Positions 21,033-31,124 of a stretch of DNA of 64,000 nucleotides are shown piece by piece. The stretch's first letter is position 1; every line of letters begins with the position of its first letter. A program made the position numbers and the translations under genes. The notes beneath the pieces are model-generated. The model searched no databases and had not been told where the DNA came from. It was given only the letters and a program-made list of their open reading frames with translations. The DNA lies in IMG/VR virus record IMGVR_UViG_3300017963_000192, positions 62,001-126,000 of that record. One strand, written 5' to 3'.

Positions 21033-21722
21033 TTAGGGGTTTGCTGCTGGAGTAAGTTCGCCTGCGGTTAGAGAGTAAGGTCTTAATCTAACAGCAGTAA
21101 GTTCTCCATTTTCCAAAATAGGTTCATTTGTTTCTGCTGTTGGAATTTCTTCTCCCATAGTTGTAAACCAACACTCCTCAAATTTTCTTCCAAATACTGG
21201 TGCTCCTGTAACAGGAGAGATGTACATTTGATAAATATCAAAAGGTCTAACCTGCTGTATCAATGATACATATCTATTAACATTTACAACATCATTCACT
21301 TCAGCATTTGTTGCAACAGGATCAGCATCGTAATTGCCTGCACCACTAATCCTTGTTAATGCCGCAAGAAGATTTGAAGTATATAAAGCATATCTTTTGA
21401 GAGTTATTTTAATACCATCTATTTTACCTGGAACGCCTTCAACTGGTTCTCCTGGCCAATAAGATGATTGATGAAAATCAACTCCTCCTAGAGTTGCTTG
21501 ATTATTAAATGTCCCATCTGGATAAGGTTCTATTTGATGTAATGTTTTTACATCTCTGTCTGCCGACCATCCAAACTCTTGGATATATCCAATGGCAAAC
21601 TGCTGATCACCGATTCTTATTGCCATCGTTATTGATTGTATCGCCACTTTAGGAATGGAACCCTCAAGATTCGACTTCGTAGTTGCGTAATTTATAGGAA
21701 GAACTCTATTTGCGTTTGCCAT
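21033..21722 (-). CDS. Tail tube protein
   Basis: Follows the sheath gene; AIGYIQEFGWS, ITLKRYALY, FEECWFT typical tube-fold strands. Confidence 0.75.
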   Translation of the reverse strand: MANANRVLPINYATTKSNLEGSIPKVAIQSITMAIRIGDQQFAIGYIQEFGWSADRDVKTLHQIEPYPDGTFNNQATLGGVDFHQSSYWPGEPVEGVPGKIDGIKITLKRYALYTSNLLAALTRISGAGNYDADPVATNAEVNDVVNVNRYVSLIQQVRPFDIYQMYISPVTGAPVFGRKFEECWFTTMGEEIPTAETNEPILENGELTAVRLRPYSLTAGELTPAANP

Positions 21723-21743
21723 TTACTTAAACCTCCAAAGATA

Positions 21744-23105
21744 TTAAACTGATAATGAGTATGTTCCTTCAGTATATTTATGAACGTATACTGAATAGTA
21801 TGAGTAAAAAATATTTACTGTGTCACGCCTATCAGTTGGCAACGTAACTTTAAGCGTGTCTATTTCTTCTATTATATTATTTGCTAAATATGTTTTAAAA
21901 AGTATTTCCAAATAATTTTGTACAACACCAGTATAATTTGGTCTGTTCTTTATTAAAGAACCTTTAAATGTTCTGTCCATTTGAGCAGCTACATCTTTAG
22001 CAATGTAATCTTTTGCAGTTATTATGTTGGTGTTATTTCTTTCTACTGTAGAATTGTCAGTTGTTAAATCATCAATTACTTTTGTTAATCCACCAGATGG
22101 TGCAAGTAAGTATAGACTACTTGAACCGCAGAGTTGCAATTGATATTCCGAATAGTAGTCATCATAATCTTCATCATATAACTCTATTCCAGGAATTACT
22201 TTATTTAGTAAAGTAGTTGTAGGAGCAATAAATGAATCCCTATAAGCTGCTACTGCGGAAGCTATAAAAGAACCATCAACAACGGCAGTCATTTCTTCAT
22301 TCGTATCTAAATCATTATAGTAATATTTAGCTCTTGTTGCATTTACAAAATTAACCCTTTCATGTTGAAATGATACTGCCTTTCCTCTTAATGATCCTGA
22401 ATCAGCTTCAGTTCCAACTGCTGTTCCAACATCGGCTCCCATATAAGTAACTCTGTACCTAGCATTATCTGGAAGACTCCTTTCTTCAACATGTGCTTTA
22501 AGAAGAGCTTGAACAGCAGAGGACGTTGTTAGGCAACAAACTGTTTGAATATCTCTGTATTTTATTAAATCTAATGCATTACCATAGTCGGTTGTTGTTT
22601 CTGTAGAGGGTACTTGTACAACGGCAATTTTAGGCAGGTTATAGTATCTTAAAGCGAGTTTTGAAATCATAACTAATTGATTGGCAGGAATATCATCTCC
22701 TAAATCTTCTGTTACATCTTCGTAGCTGGTAAATTCTTTATAAACATAATCGCTACTTGGTCTGTCGTATTTATAAGTAACATAATATGTTGCTCCTGGT
22801 GTTACTATACCAGATGAAGTCCATACAATCTGATCTCCAACAAGGTCAAAATGAGTTCCTTCAATATAATCTCCCAATCCTCTTTGTGAACCACATAGTA
22901 TAACAGAATCAATTCCTTCACTAGTATATGCTAAATCATCTGCCAGTCCAACAGCTCCTCTTGTGACTTCTTCGTTAGAAACTTTAACGGTATCACTTGC
23001 AACACCTATAAAACAAGGTGTTCGCTGTGTGGATGTAGGGTTCGCTGAAGCAGGATTAGTTACTTCTTCAATAATTGTTCCAGGTAATCTATATCCTATT
23101 GCCAT
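21744..23105 (-). CDS. Contractile tail sheath protein
   Basis: YRLPGTIIEE start, PCFIG, sheath C-terminal DDLTTD...IITAKDY and final IFYSYYSVY strand. Confidence 0.8.
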   Translation of the reverse strand: MAIGYRLPGTIIEEVTNPASANPTSTQRTPCFIGVASDTVKVSNEEVTRGAVGLADDLAYTSEGIDSVILCGSQRGLGDYIEGTHFDLVGDQIVWTSSGIVTPGATYYVTYKYDRPSSDYVYKEFTSYEDVTEDLGDDIPANQLVMISKLALRYYNLPKIAVVQVPSTETTTDYGNALDLIKYRDIQTVCCLTTSSAVQALLKAHVEERSLPDNARYRVTYMGADVGTAVGTEADSGSLRGKAVSFQHERVNFVNATRAKYYYNDLDTNEEMTAVVDGSFIASAVAAYRDSFIAPTTTLLNKVIPGIELYDEDYDDYYSEYQLQLCGSSSLYLLAPSGGLTKVIDDLTTDNSTVERNNTNIITAKDYIAKDVAAQMDRTFKGSLIKNRPNYTGVVQNYLEILFKTYLANNIIEEIDTLKVTLPTDRRDTVNIFYSYYSVYVHKYTEGTYSLSV

Positions 23106-23146
23106 TTTATCACACCTCTTAAATCAAAAATATTTTTGCCTATCAG

Positions 23147-23180
23147 ATTAAAAATTAAGAAAAACCAGACAAATTTTAAG
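23147..23180 (-). promoter_or_regulatory. Candidate late promoter CTTAAAAT-N14-TTAATTTTTAAT
   Basis: Fixed-spacing copy upstream of the sheath gene. Confidence 0.55.
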
Positions 23181-23211
23181 GTTGCATTTTAATTTTTTTA
23201 GATTCATTTAT

Positions 23212-23925
23212 CTATCTTTCAAGTAATCCACTACCTTCCTCAACTTCTATGTTATTTATCTCAAATAATAAGCCATCCGTAGCAAAATCCCTAAAATGGT
23301 ACTCAATTAGGCTATTTATTCCAACATCTGTAGCATATATTATAGTTGTTGAGGATTCGTCCTTGATTTCTGTTTCAGAACCAGAATCAACTTCGTCTTT
23401 AGCTGGAACAATTGAAAATAATGAACCGTCATCCCCTTTATATATAAATTGACCTCTGTAAAAATGAGTGAAACATAGTTGAATCATTTCCGCAAACATC
23501 GATCTTTCTTCTGGAGAAGTTGTAAGTACAGCCATCATAATTCCAATATCAGCCATTCCAGCAAAAACATCTACTCCAACCAGATTTCCATCTGGATTTT
23601 CGAATACTTCTTGATATAAAAAGTTATCTGAACCAACAAAAACTTTCCTTTCTTTTGCTCTTACTATGGAAACAACTATCATAGGAAATTTTCTCTCCTC
23701 AAAAGGAAATTCCCTCATATTATTAATCTTTTTGTCTTTTTTAGGAACATTTTGAACAGCAAAGACTTCAGGTACTATTGTTCCATATAGTTTGTTTCTA
23801 GATGAGAAAAACTCATTTAAAATATTTACTATTACAGATTTAGTCTGCCTCTGTACCTTTTGAAATCCATACTCATATAAAGGTCCAGAAGAAACTTCTG
23901 AATGAGATGAAGAAAATATTCCCAT
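23212..23925 (-). CDS. Tail completion / terminator-like protein
   Basis: Position before the sheath gene; FPFEERKFPMIVVS motif. Confidence 0.5.
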   Translation of the reverse strand: MGIFSSSHSEVSSGPLYEYGFQKVQRQTKSVIVNILNEFFSSRNKLYGTIVPEVFAVQNVPKKDKKINNMREFPFEERKFPMIVVSIVRAKERKVFVGSDNFLYQEVFENPDGNLVGVDVFAGMADIGIMMAVLTTSPEERSMFAEMIQLCFTHFYRGQFIYKGDDGSLFSIVPAKDEVDSGSETEIKDESSTTIIYATDVGINSLIEYHFRDFATDGLLFEINNIEVEEGSGLLER

Positions 23926-24254
23926 TACATTACCTTACAATCAATATTTTTTGTGTAATCATCTAAGTAAAACGCTGCTCCAACAAAATAAGGACAAGTC
24001 TTACTGTTGTACATACAAGATGCATTTCCATCTTTATCGTAAAGGACATCTTGTTTTCTGCCTTTTCCAGGGCAATTTGTTGGATAAACTGATACACCCG
24101 TATTATCTATTTTTATTTCAGAAAGTAAAATCTCCACTTGAGAATTTTTTAATGTTTCGGATACGAGACGATTATACTCTTTTACCTTGTTCACTATACG
24201 GTTATAATCTTCTAAACCTCTTTTGAGTTTTTCTATTTTCTTCTCTAAAGACAT
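23925..24254 (-). CDS. Hypothetical Cys-containing protein
   Basis: Stop/start overlaps on both sides. Confidence 0.55.
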   Translation of the reverse strand: MSLEKKIEKLKRGLEDYNRIVNKVKEYNRLVSETLKNSQVEILLSEIKIDNTGVSVYPTNCPGKGRKQDVLYDKDGNASCMYNSKTCPYFVGAAFYLDDYTKNIDCKVM

Positions 24255-25000
24255 TACTTACCTTCTTTTATGTTACCTTCTTCTTCAGCTTCTACTGAAT
24301 CAATACGAATAAGATAAGGGACTTCTTGTCCATCATCTGTATATTTCATATCAATTTTCCAGAGTACATTTGCTCTTTTAGTTCTAAAAAGATTTTGACC
24401 AACTCTTTCAACAGCCTCTCTTACAGATGGAGTTAGTTTAATTCTTTTATGATGAGACATCTTGTTTAAGATTTCTGTTGCATAGTCAATTCCAAAATCT
24501 TCTTCTATGTGACCACTAACTACGTCTCTACTTATTTTATGAAGATGTTTAGCTTCAGCAAAAGATACTCTAACACCAATATCATTACCTATTTGCTGTC
24601 GTATAGCATCTGGATTAAGCCTAGCTCTTTTCCAAACTCTTAAAGCCTCCATAAAATCTAGATTTTCACTAGCATATCTCTTATTGAGATTAACAAGAAG
24701 TTCTCTTGAGCCAGAAAAAGACGATGCCATTGTTTGTGTCTGTTGTCCCATACTTTGATCGATTGCTTGTCCTAATGGGTTATTAGGCTCTTGTTGTGCT
24801 AATTGATTCAAGTGTAATGTTGCTTGTTCAACGGCTTTAGGATCTGTAGCTTGACTCATAGACTCCAATACTTTTTGAGCAGCAGCTTGTTGAACTGCTG
24901 GATCAGTAGGATTTGATTTGGAAACTTCGGAAATATATTCCTGAACTTTCTCTGGAGTAAATACAAGTTCTAAAGGGTTTTGTGCTGTTTTGTCTTCCAT
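24254..25000 (-). CDS. Hypothetical (probable virion) protein
   Basis: 248-aa ORF in the structural operon, GAGG RBS. Confidence 0.55.
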   Translation of the reverse strand: MEDKTAQNPLELVFTPEKVQEYISEVSKSNPTDPAVQQAAAQKVLESMSQATDPKAVEQATLHLNQLAQQEPNNPLGQAIDQSMGQQTQTMASSFSGSRELLVNLNKRYASENLDFMEALRVWKRARLNPDAIRQQIGNDIGVRVSFAEAKHLHKISRDVVSGHIEEDFGIDYATEILNKMSHHKRIKLTPSVREAVERVGQNLFRTKRANVLWKIDMKYTDDGQEVPYLIRIDSVEAEEEGNIKEGK

Positions 25001-25011
25001 AGTATATACCT

Positions 25012-26070
25012 CTATATTAATAAATTAAGTATTCTGATAATATCGTAATTATCTCTTAAAAACGCACTCTCAAAATCCCTATGTAAAATTTTAAGTTCTG
25101 GACCGTGAGTGTGTTCTGTTAAGTTTTTTACTTCGTATTTTTGACCTTCAAATTCCCCTTGTAAAAAAACAATAATATCACCTTCGCTAATGTTTGCCTC
25201 TGGTAATGTCCACCATCTCATAGGACGGGTTGTCTTCCATCCATGTTCTGATTGATTTATTTCTATTTTAACTTGATCTCTTGATGCTAAAAATGCTGGT
25301 ATATCAATAGTATGTCTTGGATCAAGTTCTGTTATTTTTACATGATATCTATATCTAAATCTTATAGAATTTAATTGAGGACTTGGACTTGCTGCATATC
25401 TTTTTTGAAATGTAGCTCTAAATTTTATTTGAGTAGTACCTTCTGGAAGACTGAAACCAGTAGCTTTTCTATTACCTAATTCGGTATCGGTATAATCTTC
25501 CATTGTTAACTCTGTCCAATTTCCCCCATCATCTGTAGAATAATAATATTTTATTCTGTTTGTGTCCGCATCTGTCTTATCTTTAGCTAAAAAGAAATCA
25601 ACTTCCTTAAAAGAATCTAAAGTGAAGTTTTCAGTATCCAAATATTCTTCGGTCGAACTCGCAGAACTCATCGAAAATCGATCAGGTTCCCCACTTTGAT
25701 CTTGACCCACTGATATACTATTACTAGAAAAAGAAATATCGCTAGGAGTAGATACAACGATATGATGATAACCATACTTAGTATACCCTTGAAGGTATCC
25801 TGTACCCATGCAAAGAAAGTGATCCCTGTTTGGGCTGCTTTTAATTTCTTTAGTTTCTGCATCTTCTGTTTTACTCCAACAATAACATTTTGTTAAATCA
25901 TCTGGTGCAGTACCATAAAGAGTTATTGCAGAGTTTCTATAGTAAGTACAAGGAGTTCCAGCCGCTCTCATCTTTGCCCTATTTCTGTTTAGGGTTCTTT
26001 CATATAAATGGTATTTATCTATAATGAGTCTAGGATCAACTCTAAATGGTGTAGTCCACCTCATTAACAA
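25012..26070 (-). CDS. Neck / head-closure-like protein with an inserted beta domain
   Basis: KCYCW...CMGTGYLQGY Zn-finger-like start and EGDIIVF...YEV C-terminus; the true start may be ATG 26064. Confidence 0.5.
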   Translation of the reverse strand: MLMRWTTPFRVDPRLIIDKYHLYERTLNRNRAKMRAAGTPCTYYRNSAITLYGTAPDDLTKCYCWSKTEDAETKEIKSSPNRDHFLCMGTGYLQGYTKYGYHHIVVSTPSDISFSSNSISVGQDQSGEPDRFSMSSASSTEEYLDTENFTLDSFKEVDFFLAKDKTDADTNRIKYYYSTDDGGNWTELTMEDYTDTELGNRKATGFSLPEGTTQIKFRATFQKRYAASPSPQLNSIRFRYRYHVKITELDPRHTIDIPAFLASRDQVKIEINQSEHGWKTTRPMRWWTLPEANISEGDIIVFLQGEFEGQKYEVKNLTEHTHGPELKILHRDFESAFLRDNYDIIRILNLLI

Positions 26071-26076
26071 TCTCCT

Positions 26077-26976
26077 CTATTCTCTCGATCTTACTGGTCT
26101 TTTATATTTACCTAATAATACAGAATCTTTTATTCCCTCATAAAGATAATCTATATATCCTTGGGTATAGATATCAATCTCATCTTCAGATAAACTTTCT
26201 TTCATGTATGCATAATCACTTATTTTTTGTCTTAAAACTTCATAGCATTTTTCTTTTACTGCCTCGTCATTAACATCGTATCCTTGCTCATTAATTCCTA
26301 CAAGAAATTCGTACATAGTCTCCCTTGCAATAGTACTCAATTCCTCGTTTTCTGCAATTGTTTCTTTTGAAAAAACTTCTTCTTCTGTTTCTTTTGTAAA
26401 AACTCCTTCTTCTGTTTCTTCTTCATATTCTCCAGAAGAAGAGTAGTATTCGTTTAACATTGGTCTTACTATACTTGTATATAATAATCCAAGTTCACTC
26501 ACATAATCAAAAATCGCAACATTTGATTCGTAATCCACATTAGCTAACTCTTTATCAAGTTCATCCAGATAATAATAAAAAGTATCCATTGCTTCTTCTA
26601 ATTCTGGAAACATTTCACTTTCTTCACTAGGAGGATTGCTGTTAACAACATCTACTAAATGTAAATAACTCTCTAATATGTTTTGAATTGTTTCTGTTTT
26701 AACTAAACCTCTTTCAGGTTGAGAGTATTGTTGCACGTCTCCCTGCTCACTTAAAAGCTCTTGAAACCCTGGTTCTACTTGTATGTTTTCTTGATATGTT
26801 TCATAATCCCCTAAGTTTATTAAACCATTTACTTTGTTTCCAAGCTCATTAACCAATCTTTCTATAATATCACTAGGAAAACCTTCCCAAGAAGATGACA
26901 TTGGGATTTGTGCTGTTTTAATTAATTCCTTTAAATTATTTATTCCAATATAATCCATATTACCAGTTATCCTCAT
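26077..26976 (-). CDS. Acidic hypothetical protein (possible internal head protein)
   Basis: Very acidic; N-terminal LIKTAQ motif. Confidence 0.55.
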   Translation of the reverse strand: MRITGNMDYIGINNLKELIKTAQIPMSSSWEGFPSDIIERLVNELGNKVNGLINLGDYETYQENIQVEPGFQELLSEQGDVQQYSQPERGLVKTETIQNILESYLHLVDVVNSNPPSEESEMFPELEEAMDTFYYYLDELDKELANVDYESNVAIFDYVSELGLLYTSIVRPMLNEYYSSSGEYEEETEEGVFTKETEEEVFSKETIAENEELSTIARETMYEFLVGINEQGYDVNDEAVKEKCYEVLRQKISDYAYMKESLSEDEIDIYTQGYIDYLYEGIKDSVLLGKYKRPVRSRE

Positions 26977-27295
26977 TATTATCAGTTGGTGTCGGATCGC
27001 CAGTTACAAAAACATCAGATAAACTCCAAAGAGATGCTGTTGTGCTGTCTGGAATCCTTATAGTTTTTTTAAACCCAATTAAAGGGATGTTTATAGTAAA
27101 GTTAACGTTTCTAACAAGATCTAATTCAAATTCTCCAGTACTAGTAGTAATTGCCGTTACCACTTCTGGAGATATTACTTGATCTGTTCCCTGAATTAAT
27201 GCTGGAGAATCATAGGGTGTTGCATGAATATATGCATAAGGAACAGCTTCACCACTTCCTAAAACTATAGTACCTGTTAGTTTACAAGTAGCCAT
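26960..27295 (-). CDS. Small beta-sandwich virion protein
   Basis: TTSTGEFELDL prealbumin-like pattern. Confidence 0.5.
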   Translation of the reverse strand: MATCKLTGTIVLGSGEAVPYAYIHATPYDSPALIQGTDQVISPEVVTAITTSTGEFELDLVRNVNFTINIPLIGFKKTIRIPDSTTASLWSLSDVFVTGDPTPTDNNEDNW

Positions 27296-27466
27296 TTACT
27301 TATTTCCCTTAATGTTAAACTTACCGTCTATATAAACAATCATAAGATTACGCAATGCTTCTTGCAACGTCCAGCCTTCTGATCTAATCTTTTTTACAAA
27401 TTGTTCGTATACAAAATAAGGCACTCTTGCACCAACGAACTTTATTTTTTTGTGTTTTTCAACCAT
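27296..27466 (-). CDS. Ribbon-helix-helix-like DNA-binding protein (56 aa; not in the ORF track)
   Basis: Manual translation MVEKHKKIKFVGARVPYFVYEQFVKKIRSEGWTLQEALRNLMIVYIDGKFNIKGNK fills the gap exactly. Confidence 0.6.
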   Translation of the reverse strand: MVEKHKKIKFVGARVPYFVYEQFVKKIRSEGWTLQEALRNLMIVYIDGKFNIKGNK

Positions 27467-27681
27467 CCATTCACCTTTTTTCGTAACAAAGACTCGTCTT
27501 TGTATCCTAAGTTATCTATTTTTATTTTTAAATCTTCTATTTTGATTTTTAAATCTTTCATTAGGGTGAACAAATCTAGTAATAAATCATTGTTATCTGT
27601 GATAATTTTTTCTACACCAGCCAAAAAATTAATTAAAATTTCTTGATTACTGCTGTTTGGATTTTTATCAGATTCATTCAT
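27442..27681 (-). CDS. Hypothetical coiled-coil protein
   Basis: TAATG coupling with the upstream gene. Confidence 0.5.
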   Translation of the reverse strand: MNESDKNPNSSNQEILINFLAGVEKIITDNNDLLLDLFTLMKDLKIKIEDLKIKIDNLGYKDESLLRKKVNGWLKNTKK

Positions 27682-27953
27682 TATCCCTTTTTATCATAAA
27701 CCATACCTAAAAGATTTCTTCTAGTCGATTCGTATTGTAATACTTCTACCCTCGAATCACCATTTCTTAATTTTAAAGACAACTCTTCACAAGATTTAGC
27801 ATCTCTGAACGACCAGGATTTAGAACTTGGTTCATATCCTCCAGCAAGCTTAGTACCTTTCAACGCAAGATACGTAGCTAATACAAGATCTCTGGTTGTA
27901 TATACATCTTCATTATCATAAGTTTCATTTTTGTTAATAGAATCTTGATTCAT
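27681..27953 (-). CDS. Small hypothetical protein (DUF5659-like); start trimmed to ATG 27953
   Basis: YTTRDLVLATYL motif; GGAG RBS before MNQDS. Confidence 0.5.
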   Translation of the reverse strand: MNQDSINKNETYDNEDVYTTRDLVLATYLALKGTKLAGGYEPSSKSWSFRDAKSCEELSLKLRNGDSRVEVLQYESTRRNLLGMVYDKKG

Positions 27954-27954
27954 T

Positions 27955-28869
27955 TTACATCTCCTCTGTGTTTTTCCGTTTAAAATCCTTTTTAGGATAA
28001 TAAATATGATCACGAGGCAACCCAACAGGAGGTGGTTCTATATTAGATATTTCATACCATTTTTGATCATCGGGTCTTCTATGAATGTTATCTCCAATAT
28101 TATTGTATAGATTCATTCTACCTTCATAAGGTTTGTCTATATTCATTTTCCTAAACGATACTGATTCTAACTCTTCTAGAATCTTTTCCCTTGTTATTGG
28201 TATTATTTTTATTCCTCTTTGAATGTATTGAGGATAATGTATGATACCATTTAAAATGGGAACGTCAACTTTAAAATCATATCTGTAGCCGTCATTGGGT
28301 ACAGTAATATTCACAGACACAATTGCGTCAGATACAGTACCATCGTCAAACGTTCTACTTACTTGAGTTGCTATTAAAGAATAATCAGGAATATCATAAA
28401 ATATGTTTATAAGAAGTTCATCAAGTACACGAGTTACTACCTCAAACAATCTTTCTTTATATAATCCTCCAGAATCAAAAGAACCTATTTCAGGAACTTT
28501 TCTATCTTTAAAATTATCCAACTCTGTTTTCAATTCTCTGATAGTATAATTCAATTCATCAACTAATTCATCCCTAAGATTTTTAATTTTTTGCTCAAGT
28601 TCAATATCAGTTAAACTTTGTTGGATTTGTTTAAGATCACTTTCAATAACTTCTTCATCCCCTATTTTATCAGATTCTTCTTTAATAGGTGGAGGAGTTA
28701 TAGTAGGTGTCTCCTCTTTCTTTTCTTCAACATCTGGTATATCAATTGGAGGTGCGGCTTTTTTATTCATACTAGCCAACTTCTTCTTCAAGAGTTTTTT
28801 AACATCAATACCAAGTTGATTAAAGTATTCCTCGGTATGCTTTTGTTCTTGTTCAGTTGTTCCTGCCAT
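27955..28869 (-). CDS. Hypothetical (probable virion) protein
   Basis: 304-aa ORF with RBS in the operon. Confidence 0.55.
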   Translation of the reverse strand: MAGTTEQEQKHTEEYFNQLGIDVKKLLKKKLASMNKKAAPPIDIPDVEEKKEETPTITPPPIKEESDKIGDEEVIESDLKQIQQSLTDIELEQKIKNLRDELVDELNYTIRELKTELDNFKDRKVPEIGSFDSGGLYKERLFEVVTRVLDELLINIFYDIPDYSLIATQVSRTFDDGTVSDAIVSVNITVPNDGYRYDFKVDVPILNGIIHYPQYIQRGIKIIPITREKILEELESVSFRKMNIDKPYEGRMNLYNNIGDNIHRRPDDQKWYEISNIEPPPVGLPRDHIYYPKKDFKRKNTEEM

Positions 28870-28882
28870 AAGCTTTCCTCTT

Positions 28883-29311
28883 TTAAGTTATTTGAGTAGA
28901 AACTAAAAAGTTAACGAGTTCAACTAATTGAGCATGTAATTCATGCATATCTCCATTAATCATATAAACATCCAAAACGTCCTCTTCAACTTTTTTAGTC
29001 ATTTCATACCAATTATCAAAAGTACTTTCGGTTTTGTCTGTTACCGAATTGAATCTTGCTATAAGTTCGTCAGAATATTCTTCATTAAGGACTATTTCAC
29101 CACTATCTAAAGCTTTATAAACATTTTGAAGTTCCCTCAAACAACTTTCTAAAATTTTAAGAGTTAAATTAAAAGTTTTATTGATTTTCTCAATATCAGC
29201 TTTAGGTTCAATAAAATAGGTACCTAATAAAACTAATTCATTTAGGAACTCCTCTTCAGCTATCCCAAACTTATTTTTATTAATGTCTCCAACATTATTT
29301 AACATTAGCAT
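28883..29311 (-). CDS. Hypothetical helical protein
   Basis: 142-aa ORF, tight packing. Confidence 0.5.
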   Translation of the reverse strand: MLMLNNVGDINKNKFGIAEEEFLNELVLLGTYFIEPKADIEKINKTFNLTLKILESCLRELQNVYKALDSGEIVLNEEYSDELIARFNSVTDKTESTFDNWYEMTKKVEEDVLDVYMINGDMHELHAQLVELVNFLVSTQIT

Positions 29312-29319
29312 CTACAATT

Positions 29320-29835
29320 TTATGATGAGTAAGTTTCGGATATATAATAACCGTCTTTTAAATCAGCATCAGCATCATAATCATAATAGATTACATCGTT
29401 TACTGATTTTCCAGTAAAATCACCTTTTACTAGACGATGAGCATCAAAATGAGTTGGGGTATCGCTATATTGATATGCTACTGCTACAACTTCACTAGCT
29501 CCAGGCGTTGCTGCTAGAGTAAAGTAGATTTCCAAAGCACCAGTCTCATAATTTATTGTACTCTCTTCTCCTGTAGAAGTGGATATGTCTGCTCCAGAAA
29601 TTACACCACCAGAATCTGTCGCTGCAACAGGAGTACCATCGACAAGAATTGTGAGTTCTCCTTCTTCTACAATAGTTGTCAATCCTGTTGATGATGTAAA
29701 GTATCTATTAGAAGCATCTCCTACTCCAATACCAGTACTAGTTATAACTTGGTCTTCTATCATAGCTTTTTCGTGGACTAATGCCCAATCAGCATTTTCC
29801 CCAATAAACTTTATTGTACCTTTAAAATCAGCCAT
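29320..29835 (-). CDS. Virion structural protein (beta-rich)
   Basis: STINYETGALEI motif typical of phage tail/baseplate Ig-like domains; AGGAGG RBS. Confidence 0.55.
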   Translation of the reverse strand: MADFKGTIKFIGENADWALVHEKAMIEDQVITSTGIGVGDASNRYFTSSTGLTTIVEEGELTILVDGTPVAATDSGGVISGADISTSTGEESTINYETGALEIYFTLAATPGASEVVAVAYQYSDTPTHFDAHRLVKGDFTGKSVNDVIYYDYDADADLKDGYYISETYSS

Positions 29836-29883
29836 TTCTTCCTCCTAGATATTACTGTGCCCATTGGCAATATTTTTGCTATT

Positions 29884-29917
29884 AAAAAAAGATAATGAAA
29901 TTATTGCATTTTTTAAG
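29884..29917 (-). promoter_or_regulatory. Degenerate candidate late promoter CTTAAAAA-N14-TTATCTTTTTTT
   Basis: Same spacing as the other copies; upstream of 29835. Confidence 0.4.
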
Positions 29918-29956
29918 GAATATTCACATAATATTTATAGAATTGGTTAATTACTT

Positions 29957-30721
29957 TTATATTTTAGACTTTTTAAATTCCTTTAATTTTTTCTTTTCTA
30001 TTAGAGAAATACAAGCATCAACTACGTCAGAATCATACAATTTCCCCTTATTTTTACGAATTTCTTTTATTGCTTTTTTAAATCCTAAAGAAGGTCGATA
30101 AGGTCTGTGAGAAGACATTGCTTCAAGGACATCGGCTACCGCTAAAATACGAGTCTCTATAAGTATTTCATCACCTTTTAAACCTCTAGGATAACCTGAA
30201 CCATCCATTCTTTCATGATGTTGATATACTATTTCAGCAACAGGCCAAGGAAAATCTATTTCTTTTAATATTTTGTATCCTTTTAAAGGGTGTATTTTGA
30301 TTAAATCAAACTCTGTATCAGACAAGTCAGTTGGTTTAGATAAAATATCTGAAGGTAATCCTAATTTACCAATATCATGGACTGCTGCCGCTATTCTTAT
30401 TCCCTCAAGCATTCCATCTCTATTTTTAATTCCCATTTCCTCTCCAATATTTCTTGCAATATCAGCTACTTTTGATTGATGTCCAGCAGTATAAGGGTCA
30501 CGCATTTCGACAGCAGTAGCCATAGCTTGAACAACTCCAGAAAGGGCTTTCCTGAGTTTTTCTGGTATTTTTGTTTCTAATTCTATTTTTATGACTTCTT
30601 GTTTATTTTTTATGACGTGTTCGATTATTCTATAACCATTTTCTCTTAGAATGAATTTTAAATGTTCGTCTACAATAATACTATCTTTATCTATATAAAT
30701 ACCTTTATTGATATGTTTCAT
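29957..30721 (-). CDS. HD-GYP cyclic dinucleotide phosphodiesterase
   Basis: RDPYTAGH, HDIGK, HHERMDGSGYPRGLKGDEI, AVADVLEAMSSHRPYR all intact. Confidence 0.92.
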   Translation of the reverse strand: MKHINKGIYIDKDSIIVDEHLKFILRENGYRIIEHVIKNKQEVIKIELETKIPEKLRKALSGVVQAMATAVEMRDPYTAGHQSKVADIARNIGEEMGIKNRDGMLEGIRIAAAVHDIGKLGLPSDILSKPTDLSDTEFDLIKIHPLKGYKILKEIDFPWPVAEIVYQHHERMDGSGYPRGLKGDEILIETRILAVADVLEAMSSHRPYRPSLGFKKAIKEIRKNKGKLYDSDVVDACISLIEKKKLKEFKKSKI

Positions 30722-30736
30722 ATGTAGTCCTTTTAT

Positions 30737-31117
30737 TTATTCGTCTTTTAGACTTTTTGGAATTAATTTTTCAAGTCTACTAAGTCTAACAGCATTGTCT
30801 ATTGTTGCAAAAAGCATTTCTTTATCAAAAGGTTTTACTAAATACGTCTTTGGATTGTATTTATTAGCCTTTATTATAATTTCGTCATCATTCAATCCTG
30901 TTATGTAAATCAAAGGAGTATCTTCAAAATCCTCAAAACTGTTACTAATTCCACTGTCTACCAAGATAACATCGGGACTACTCTCTTCTATAGTTTTCGA
31001 AACCAGTTCTAAATCATTTGAAATCACTATTATTTCATTTTCAGAACCGCTAGTAACATACATATCAATTATTTCATTTACATCTGCGTTTTCACTCTCA
31101 ATTACAAGTATTCTCAT
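30737..31117 (-). CDS. Stand-alone response regulator receiver (REC) domain
   Basis: RILVIE, PDVILVD (phospho-Asp), IYITG, YLVKPF. Confidence 0.85.
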   Translation of the reverse strand: MRILVIESENADVNEIIDMYVTSGSENEIIVISNDLELVSKTIEESSPDVILVDSGISNSFEDFEDTPLIYITGLNDDEIIIKANKYNPKTYLVKPFDKEMLFATIDNAVRLSRLEKLIPKSLKDE

Positions 31118-31124
31118 AATAAAC

